Positions 55,641 to 64,000 of a DNA stretch of 64,000 nt are shown here, piece by piece; the first letter of the stretch is position 1, and every line of letters starts with the position of its first letter. The notes beneath the pieces were generated by a model. The model saw only the letters and a list, made by a program, of their open reading frames with translations, did no database searches and was not told where the DNA came from. This DNA is from Candidatus Poriferihabitaceae bacterium (GTDB lineage Bacteria; Pseudomonadota; Gammaproteobacteria; Arenicellales; Poriferihabitantaceae). The DNA lies in the NCBI GenBank assembly GCA_965261915.1, contig CBDHDW010000013.1, positions 1,408,491 through 1,472,490 of the forward strand. Direction: 5' to 3'. Position numbers and translations under genes: made by a program.

Positions 55641-56453
55641 CTATGCTCCCCTGAAATCGGCTTTGCGTTTTTCGACAAAGGCTTTTACGCCTTCAGCGGC
55701 ATCATCTGAGCGTAACATTTGACGATACACGGGCAGATCATCAGAACGCATTTTCTGAAACGCATGCTGAATGCTGACCCCATCGACGGCACGCAGCACT
55801 TCCTTTATCGACTGTAGCGCGAGCGGCGCTACGCCAGACAATTGTTCAGCCCACGCCATTGCCGATTCCATCAGCCTGTCCGCCGGGACGACCTTGTTAA
55901 TCATGCCGTAACCGGCCGCTTCCGAAGCGCTCATGCGTCGGCCCAGATAGAGCATTTCCAGGGCGATGTTGTACGGTAATCTTTTCGGCAGGCGCTGTAA
56001 TGCTCCGGCATCTGGAATAATTCCCAGCGCTAATTCTGGCAGCGCAAATTCAACCTGTTCTGCAGCAATGACAAGATCGCACGAAAGTGCAATCTCAAAA
56101 CCAGCGCCAACAGCCAGCCCGTTTAGTGCGGCAATAACGGGTTTATTGAGGTTCCATACTTCAGTAATTCCGGCGAAACCGCCAAGACTGGCATCTTCCT
56201 GCCGCCACCAGTTGTCGAGTTCAATGTCGCCGCTGTCCAACGATTTTAAATCCCAGCCTGCCGAAAAGATTTTTTCGCCGGCACCGGTAAGAATGCAGAC
56301 TTTTAAATCCGGGTTATCCCTAAAATAGACAAACGCTTCGCCCATCCTACGACTGGTTGGTGTGTCAATAGCATTAACCTTCGGTCGGTTGATGGTAATC
56401 GTGAAAATTGCGCCGTTTTCCTGACAAAGGATATCTTGAGTAGGATCTGTCAT
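55641..56453 (-). CDS. crotonase-family hydratase, CaiD-like (carnitinyl-CoA dehydratase-like)
   Basis: 270 aa. RPKVNAID, ILTGAGEKIFSAGWDLKS, GFAGITEVWNLNKPVIAALNG closely parallel E. coli CaiD as I recall it. Confidence 0.75.
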   Translation of the reverse strand: MTDPTQDILCQENGAIFTITINRPKVNAIDTPTSRRMGEAFVYFRDNPDLKVCILTGAGEKIFSAGWDLKSLDSGDIELDNWWRQEDASLGGFAGITEVWNLNKPVIAALNGLAVGAGFEIALSCDLVIAAEQVEFALPELALGIIPDAGALQRLPKRLPYNIALEMLYLGRRMSASEAAGYGMINKVVPADRLMESAMAWAEQLSGVAPLALQSIKEVLRAVDGVSIQHAFQKMRSDDLPVYRQMLRSDDAAEGVKAFVEKRKADFRGA

Positions 56454-56606
56454 ATTGTCTGGTTTTGGTTGCGGGTTTTGAGAGGTTTCTGATGTTGATT
56501 AAAATTCAGCAAAGAAAATTACAATTTCTAAGCAATAGCGCTACGGTAATGGTGCCTGAGTCTAGTATCATATTGTATATTCTGAATCATCCAATTGTCA
56601 CTATCC

Positions 56607-57767
56607 ATGGACTATCCGTTAACCGAAGAACAGCAGATGCTGACCGACGCTGTTCGCGCCTTCCGCGAGCAGGAACTTGAACCCCATGAAGCTGAAGTTG
56701 ATCGAACCGGAGAATGTCCCGATGAACTGGGCGCACAGATTAAACAGCGCGCCATTGAAATGGGTTTTTATGCGCCGAATTTGCCGCAATCGATGGGTGG
56801 AGGCGGACTTGATTACAAATGTCTTGCACTATTTGAGCGTGAATTAGGGAAAACCAGCTACGGACTTCACGGTTACATGCACAGACCGTCTGAAATCCTC
56901 ATGGGCTGTCAGGGAGAGCAGATAGAGGAGTACCTGATGCCCTGCATCAGCGGAGCGAAAAAAGAAGTATTTGCACTGACCGAACCTGCGGCCGGGTCAG
57001 ACATAATGTCAATCCAGACGCGGGCCAATCGGGAGGGTGAGAACTTTATTATCAACGGTAAGAAGCACTTTATCAGTAGCCCGGTAAAGCCGGATTTTGC
57101 GATCTTATTTGCGCAAAGCGGTGTTGCTGAAACGCCGACGGGCGAAAGAAAACGGGCAACCGCCTTTTTGGTGGACGCGAACACGCCCGGGTTCACTATC
57201 GAGCGTGGCCCGCGCTGTGCAGCGCAGCGCGCGTATCATACCTGGCAGCTTACGTTTGAGAATTGTGCAGTACACCAAAGTAAAATACTGGGTGAGGAGC
57301 ACAAAGGCTTTGAGCTTGCCGATGAATGGCTGAGAATGGCTCGGGTTTGGGTTGCGGCGGCGGCATGCGGAAAGATCGAACGATTAATCGATCTCGCGGC
57401 AACCTGGGCATCGGAACGCAAACAGTTTGGGCAATCCATAGGGCGATTTCAGGGAACGTCTTTCAAAATTGCAGATATGGCAGTGGATCTGAAAGCGGCG
57501 GATTTGTTGGTGATGGATGCGGCGGATAAAGCGGACCGTGGTGAAATGCGCAATGAAGATGCGGCAATGGCAAAACTTTTTGCATCTGAGGCGGTGGGAC
57601 GTGCGGCCGACAGCACGATTCAGATTTACGGCGGAATGGGACTGATGGAAGAACTGCCGATAGAGCGTATCTGGAGAGATGCCCGGCTCGATCGGATTTG
57701 GGACGGTACTTCTGAAATTCAACGCCATATTATTTCTCGCGCATTACTAAGAAATTATGGTGGATAG
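56607..57767 (+). CDS. acyl-CoA dehydrogenase (ORF opens at TTG 56595)
   Basis: MDYPLTEEQQML..., ...IYGGMGLMEE...RD.RL..IWDGTSEIQR. Confidence 0.88.
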   Translation: MDYPLTEEQQMLTDAVRAFREQELEPHEAEVDRTGECPDELGAQIKQRAIEMGFYAPNLPQSMGGGGLDYKCLALFERELGKTSYGLHGYMHRPSEILMGCQGEQIEEYLMPCISGAKKEVFALTEPAAGSDIMSIQTRANREGENFIINGKKHFISSPVKPDFAILFAQSGVAETPTGERKRATAFLVDANTPGFTIERGPRCAAQRAYHTWQLTFENCAVHQSKILGEEHKGFELADEWLRMARVWVAAAACGKIERLIDLAATWASERKQFGQSIGRFQGTSFKIADMAVDLKAADLLVMDAADKADRGEMRNEDAAMAKLFASEAVGRAADSTIQIYGGMGLMEELPIERIWRDARLDRIWDGTSEIQRHIISRALLRNYGG

Positions 57768-57799
57768 CATTCGGCTCCCGCTTGATTGTTGATTGTTAA

Positions 57800-59929
57800 T
57801 TGATAGGCATGCCAATGGAAAGCCAACAAGCAGAAAATCTGAAGCGTCTGCTTGCGCCGAAACATATTGCCTTTATCGGTGGCGCAGATGCCGACTATTC
57901 TGCCAGACAGTGCGCAAAATCCTTTTCAGGATCGATTTGGGGTGTTAACCCCAAACGTGACAAACTCGGTGGGCAGCCCTGCTTCGCCAGCGTGAAACAG
58001 CTTCCGGAAGCACCGGATGCTGTTTTTCTGGCGACACCCAAAGCAGCGGCGCTGGAAGTGGTAACCGATTTGGCCGAAATGGGTGCCGGGGGCATTGTTT
58101 GCTTTACCGCAGGCTATGGAGAAACCGGGGCTGATGGCAGAACCGATGAAAAGGAGTTGATTGAGTCTGCTGGAAATATGGCTTTTGTGGGGCCGAATTG
58201 CTATGGGCTGATCAATTATGTTCACAATGCTACGCTGTGGCCATTTGGAGCGGGCTCATGTGAATCAGAAACCGGTGTTGCGCTCATTATGCAAAGTGGA
58301 ATGATTGCAGCGGATTTGGCAATGAATCAGCGATCGGTGCCAATCTCGTATGTTATTTCCGCAGGCAATCAGGCGGCGCTGGCGATTGAGGATTATATCG
58401 ATGTTATGGTTGATGACCCGCATGTTTCAGGGTTTGGTGTTTATATAGAGGGTATTCAAAATGTAAACAGGTTTGCTGCAGCAAGCCTGAGCGCACTCAA
58501 AGCAGACAAACCCATCGTTCTGATTAAGGCCGGCAGTTCAAAAATTGGCGCCGAGTTGGCGGTCAGTCATACCGCGTCTCTTGCTGGTGCGGATGCGGCG
58601 CACGATGCCTTTTTTGAGCGACTTGGAATAGTGCGTGTTTATTCTCCCGAGCTGATGCTGGAAGCGCTGAAATTTATGACCGTTTCTGGTATTCCGAAAG
58701 GCAACAGAGTGGCGGCATTTACCTGTTCAGGCGGGGAAGCGTTAATGGTTGCAGATTACTGTGAACGGAGCGGATTGCAGTTGCCGCAACCTTCCGGTCG
58801 TTGTTTTAAAAAACTTGAAAAGTTGTTGCCCGAGATTGCCACTGTTTCTAATCCGCTGGATTACACAACGCCACTTTGGGGTAATACTGAGATTATGCCT
58901 AAGGTATTTGCGGCGGCGCTTGAGGATGGATTCGACAGTGCCGTTTTCATCCAGGACTATCCGCCGGAATCGTTCGATGCAGACAGTCGTTACTACCGCG
59001 CTGATGGAAAGTCTTATATGGACGCGGTGAACCATGCCGGTATACCCGCAGGTATTTGTAGTGAGTTATCGGAGAATTTTGACAGGTTGTCGCGTGAATA
59101 CTATGTCGATGGCGGCGTTACGCCAATGCAGGGATTTGATCGGGGGCTGGATGCAATTCGGTTGGCTGTCGCCTACGGTGAACGAAAAACAAACATCCTG
59201 TCGAGTGAGGCATTAATTGAATTTGAATGTCTAAGTTCGAAAAGCCAACCGCTAAATCCACGATTAGAAAATGAATGGCAAGGGAAGCTGGCTCTCAGGT
59301 CAGCCGGAGTGCCTGCTCCAAAAGGGGTCTTAATTCAGATTGATGAGATTGACCGGCTGCAACAACGTATCGCTGAATTACAATATCCTTTAGTCGTGAA
59401 ACTGGTTTCCAACAAGATTCCACATAAGTCTGAGCTCGGTGCGGTGAAGCTGAACATTGAAAATGTTACCAGCGCAACTCAAGCTGCGGATGATTTGATT
59501 GCGCTTTTGAAGGATGAAAACCTGACAGCTGAATGTCAGGGAATTCTGTTTGAACAGATGATCGAAAATGGCCTCTGTGAACTTCTGCTTGGCATTAAAG
59601 CCGACCGGCAATTTGGCTTGACCATGGTGCTGGCAAGTGGTGGTGTGTTTGTCGAGTTATTAAAAGATTCGGTAACTTTTATACTGCCCGTTACGGATAA
59701 TGAATTGCTTGCCGGGCTGAAAAAATTAAAGTGTTATCCATTGCTCGATGGGTTTCGGGGTAATCCGGCTTGTAACCTCGACAGTCTGGTGCAGAACATA
59801 CAAAGATTTGCCTGCTTTGCTCAAGCCAATATTGATACACTCGAAGAAGTCGAAATCAATCCCATGATTGTCACGAAGCAAGGTGAATATGCTGCGGATG
59901 TCCTGCTTAGAGCGGTTGATCGTCATTAG
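57800..59929 (+). CDS. ADP-forming acyl-CoA synthetase (CoA-binding + ATP-grasp; fused alpha/beta)
   Basis: About 705 aa. HIAFIGG, GPNCYGLIN, SHTASLAG, and a C-terminal ATP-grasp. In-frame ATGs at 57809 and 57815. Confidence 0.8.
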   Translation: MIGMPMESQQAENLKRLLAPKHIAFIGGADADYSARQCAKSFSGSIWGVNPKRDKLGGQPCFASVKQLPEAPDAVFLATPKAAALEVVTDLAEMGAGGIVCFTAGYGETGADGRTDEKELIESAGNMAFVGPNCYGLINYVHNATLWPFGAGSCESETGVALIMQSGMIAADLAMNQRSVPISYVISAGNQAALAIEDYIDVMVDDPHVSGFGVYIEGIQNVNRFAAASLSALKADKPIVLIKAGSSKIGAELAVSHTASLAGADAAHDAFFERLGIVRVYSPELMLEALKFMTVSGIPKGNRVAAFTCSGGEALMVADYCERSGLQLPQPSGRCFKKLEKLLPEIATVSNPLDYTTPLWGNTEIMPKVFAAALEDGFDSAVFIQDYPPESFDADSRYYRADGKSYMDAVNHAGIPAGICSELSENFDRLSREYYVDGGVTPMQGFDRGLDAIRLAVAYGERKTNILSSEALIEFECLSSKSQPLNPRLENEWQGKLALRSAGVPAPKGVLIQIDEIDRLQQRIAELQYPLVVKLVSNKIPHKSELGAVKLNIENVTSATQAADDLIALLKDENLTAECQGILFEQMIENGLCELLLGIKADRQFGLTMVLASGGVFVELLKDSVTFILPVTDNELLAGLKKLKCYPLLDGFRGNPACNLDSLVQNIQRFACFAQANIDTLEEVEINPMIVTKQGEYAADVLLRAVDRH

Positions 59930-60159
59930 CGCAAATTATGGTTGAAAGGCTAAAACCGGTTTTCTACGGGATCAGGAGAAGATGGCTAAAAGCGCTGCTC
60001 CCGAAAATCTGCTGGCCTGGATTGGGCGAGTTTGTCCGGCGTGCTTTAAGCAAAGCATTTTTCTTTGCTCTGATCGGTTCAGTGATTGTGGTTGGTCGTG
60101 GTCGTGGTCGCTCCCAGGCAAGGGATGGCGAAAAAGTAAGTCGGCTTAAGTAAGTCGGT

Positions 60160-61194
60160 TTAGTGGCTTCGAATCACCGAAAATCGGGCCAGATCTTCCA
60201 GCGCGTTTCTAAACTCACTGTTGGTTATGCCTTGCAGTTGGTCAATTGCCAGACTGGATTGAGTCGCCGCCTGATTTGCGGTGTATTCCAGCGCGCCGGT
60301 TTCGCGAACGATATTGAGAATAACATCGATGTTTTCCCGCTCACCATTTTCGATTGCGCGTTCGACTGTTTTTCGCTGGTTTTCATTGCCATGCTGCATG
60401 GCAAAAATGAGTGGCAGGGTTGGCTTGCCTTCTGCGAGATCATCCCCCACATCCTTACCGGTCTCTTCGGAATTGGCATCGTAATCGAGAATATCATCAA
60501 TTAGCTGAAACGCGGTTCCAAGATACATTCCATATTCGGTTAAGGCTTCGATCCGGTCATCAGCAGCATCAGAAATCACCGCACCCAATCGTGCTGAAGA
60601 GGCAAATAATTTAGCGGTCTTGCGGTGAATCGTTTCCAGGTACTGCTGCTCTGTGGTTTGCGGGGAGTGGGCATTAAGCAATTGCAAAACCTCGCCCTCA
60701 GCAATTGAACTGGTTGTACTCGCGAGAATATTCATTACCGCCATATTCCGGGTTTCGAGCATCATTTCAAAAGACCGTGAATACAAAAAGTCGCCAACCA
60801 GAACGCTGGCCTCATTTCCCCAAACCTGATTCGCTGTAGCCTGCCCCCGGCGCATCGCCGAGGCATCGACGACATCGTCATGCAACAGTGTGGCGGTGTG
60901 GATAAACTCGATAACTGCGGCCAGCAATACGTGATAATTTCCGCTATATCCGCAAGCCTTTGCAGATAACAGCAGTATCAGCGGGCGCAGCCGTTTTCCG
61001 CCACTGCGAATGATGTACTCACCGAGGGTATTGATTAAGGCAATATCCGAAGACAAACGCGCTTGAATGGTATGATTAACCGCACTCATCTCAGTTTTCG
61101 CCAAATTAAGCGCATCGTCCAGCAGGTTTCGGGAAGCATTTTTCGCGGTGTCAATGGGAACGGGGTTTAGCGGCTTGTTCACGGTCTGCGTCAT
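60160..61194 (-). CDS. ispB: octaprenyl-diphosphate synthase
   Basis: LLHDDVVD and FQLIDDILD aspartate-rich motifs. Divergent from rplU, as in many gammaproteobacteria. Confidence 0.9.
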   Translation of the reverse strand: MTQTVNKPLNPVPIDTAKNASRNLLDDALNLAKTEMSAVNHTIQARLSSDIALINTLGEYIIRSGGKRLRPLILLLSAKACGYSGNYHVLLAAVIEFIHTATLLHDDVVDASAMRRGQATANQVWGNEASVLVGDFLYSRSFEMMLETRNMAVMNILASTTSSIAEGEVLQLLNAHSPQTTEQQYLETIHRKTAKLFASSARLGAVISDAADDRIEALTEYGMYLGTAFQLIDDILDYDANSEETGKDVGDDLAEGKPTLPLIFAMQHGNENQRKTVERAIENGERENIDVILNIVRETGALEYTANQAATQSSLAIDQLQGITNSEFRNALEDLARFSVIRSH

Positions 61195-61496
61195 TAGTGG
61201 GTTTTGGGCGATTTTAGCCGAGATTGCCTGAAAATTTATACGAATTATTCGCTGCCGTGAGTTTCGCGCCGACCATTTGGGCTGATTTAACCCGATTTTG
61301 TCAATAAATGTCGAGAATTGCGTAACTTATGCCACCGTCAATTCGGTAGAATTGTTGGTTATTTAGGATTGACGACTGCCTTGTGTATGGATAAAATCCC
61401 GCGTCCGCAAAATTGCGGGGAAAGCTGTTTTCGGGTAACTTGCATGGTATTAAATGCGATTCGGAAATCCCAATTCATGAATGAAAGAATGATAAA

Positions 61497-61925
61497 ATGT
61501 ACGCAGTAATTGAATCTGGCGGAAAACAATACCGAGTTGCCATCGGTGATAAAGTCAAGGTAGAGAAACTGGCCGCATCGGCAGGTGATTCGGTAAATCT
61601 GGATCGGGTTTTGATGATTGCAGATGGCGACAGTGTATCAGTCGGTGCGCCACTGCTGGAAAGCCCGGTTACGGCGACTGTGGTTAGCCACGGCAAAGCA
61701 TCGAAGATCAAGGTTTTCAAAATGAAACGGCGTAAGAATTATCGCCGTACCCAGGGCCATCGACAGGACTACACAGAGCTGGAAATTAGCGCAATCGGCG
61801 GCGCATCCGCTACCGAAAAAGCCGTCGCAAAAGAATCAACGGCTAAAAAGCCGACCCATAAAAAGGTTGAAGAATCGGTTGCAGGGGATCATGTCGGTGA
61901 CGAACAGAATGAGTTTACATTCTGA
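61497..61925 (+). CDS. rplU: ribosomal protein L21 with a ~40-aa C-terminal extension
   Basis: [14 protein letters not shown]...[16 protein letters not shown], then an extra Ala/Lys/Glu-rich tail. Confidence 0.93.
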   Translation: MYAVIESGGKQYRVAIGDKVKVEKLAASAGDSVNLDRVLMIADGDSVSVGAPLLESPVTATVVSHGKASKIKVFKMKRRKNYRRTQGHRQDYTELEISAIGGASATEKAVAKESTAKKPTHKKVEESVAGDHVGDEQNEFTF

Positions 61926-61950
61926 AATCAGGATAATCAGGTAAAATACA

Positions 61951-62208
61951 ATGGCACATAAGAAAGCGGGTGGCAGTTCCAGAAACGGCCGTGATTCCGA
62001 ATCGAAACGGCTCGGCGTGAAAAAATTTGGTGGTGAGCAGGTTCTCGCGGGCAATATTATTGTTCGTCAACGCGGTACAAAGTTCCACCCGGGTCGAAAT
62101 ACGATGTTGGGAAAGGATTACACTTTATTCGCAACAGCGCCCGGCAGGGTACTGTTTGAAGTCAAGGGGCGGAACAAAAGGAAGACCGTTAGCATCGTCG
62201 CGGAATAA
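61951..62208 (+). CDS. rpmA: ribosomal protein L27
   Basis: [16 protein letters not shown]...[13 protein letters not shown]. Confidence 0.95.
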   Translation: MAHKKAGGSSRNGRDSESKRLGVKKFGGEQVLAGNIIVRQRGTKFHPGRNTMLGKDYTLFATAPGRVLFEVKGRNKRKTVSIVAE

Positions 62209-62234
62209 CCCGGTACAAACGATTTTGCCCGAAA

Positions 62235-62264
62235 CCCTGCTTTGGCAACGAAGCGGGGTTTTTA
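62235..62264 (+). terminator. rho-independent terminator after rpmA
   Basis: CCCTGCTT-TGGCAACG-AAGCGGGG followed by TTTTT. Confidence 0.7.
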
Positions 62265-62386
62265 TTGGGTGATTGACAATAGCGCATCCATCCTCGATTG
62301 AGGCGTTGCACGCAGAATGATGAAAACCGGTTTACAATCAGCAGATTCCCCAGATTCCCCATTGAAGCCAGCATTGAGATACCTGA

Positions 62387-64000
<1,614 letters not shown>

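Noticed and set aside
59938-60153. 71-aa ORF (and an alternative 57-aa frame with an AGGAGA just before its ATG) between the CoA ligase gene and ispB; contains GGTCGT x3 and a GTAAGTCGG direct repeat
   Set aside because: No family resemblance. The SD-to-ATG spacing of the alternative frame is too short, and the composition is not clearly coding. Left unannotated.

Overview
This looks like a chromosomal segment of a probably marine gammaproteobacterium. GC is intermediate by eye, with one clearly AT-rich patch at about 12.4-14.7 kb.

Left third (accessory, IS-rich):
- tRNA-Gln(CUG), small detox and stress genes, and an alanine/glycine:cation symporter.
- Three near-identical copies of a ~1.65-kb IS1380-family element. 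Two are abutted head-to-tail, and the block is punctuated by the tetranucleotide ATAC.
- A small integron: intact intI, attI, a cupin cassette with a textbook attC, and a second AT-rich cassette holding a decayed type II R-M pair. The IS cuts off the array.
- A DddP-like M24 enzyme and a GST.
- A GFA-family gene split by a compact IS66-family element (8-bp TSD). It also has an in-frame TGA at a conserved Cys codon.

Middle:
- BKACE, FAD oxidoreductase, nadE, an amidinotransferase next to a GCS2-type ligase, and glpK.
- A class V aminotransferase split by an IS1634-family element (16-bp TSD, frameshifted transposase).
- An AspC-like gene, bolA, djlA and an EF-G paralog.

Right:
- An uncharacterised + strand cluster: MFS, class II aldolase, SDR, thioesterase, LeuA/CimA-like synthase, a 750-aa PHP/DUF3604-like protein, EamA and MFS.
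- A BacNav sodium channel.
- A carnitine/gamma-butyrobetaine-type catabolic locus: BKACE, ABC importer, 3-hydroxyacyl-CoA-DH-like, CaiD-like, ACAD and an ADP-forming CoA ligase.
- Then ispB and rplU-rpmA-obg-proB.

I found no rRNA, no convincing CRISPR array, and no defence system beyond the dead R-M pair. The strongest observations are the integron, the IS1380 tandem/composite architecture, and the unusually high load of IS-split genes and gene remnants. All functional calls rest on motif recognition from the translated ORFs; no database search was possible.
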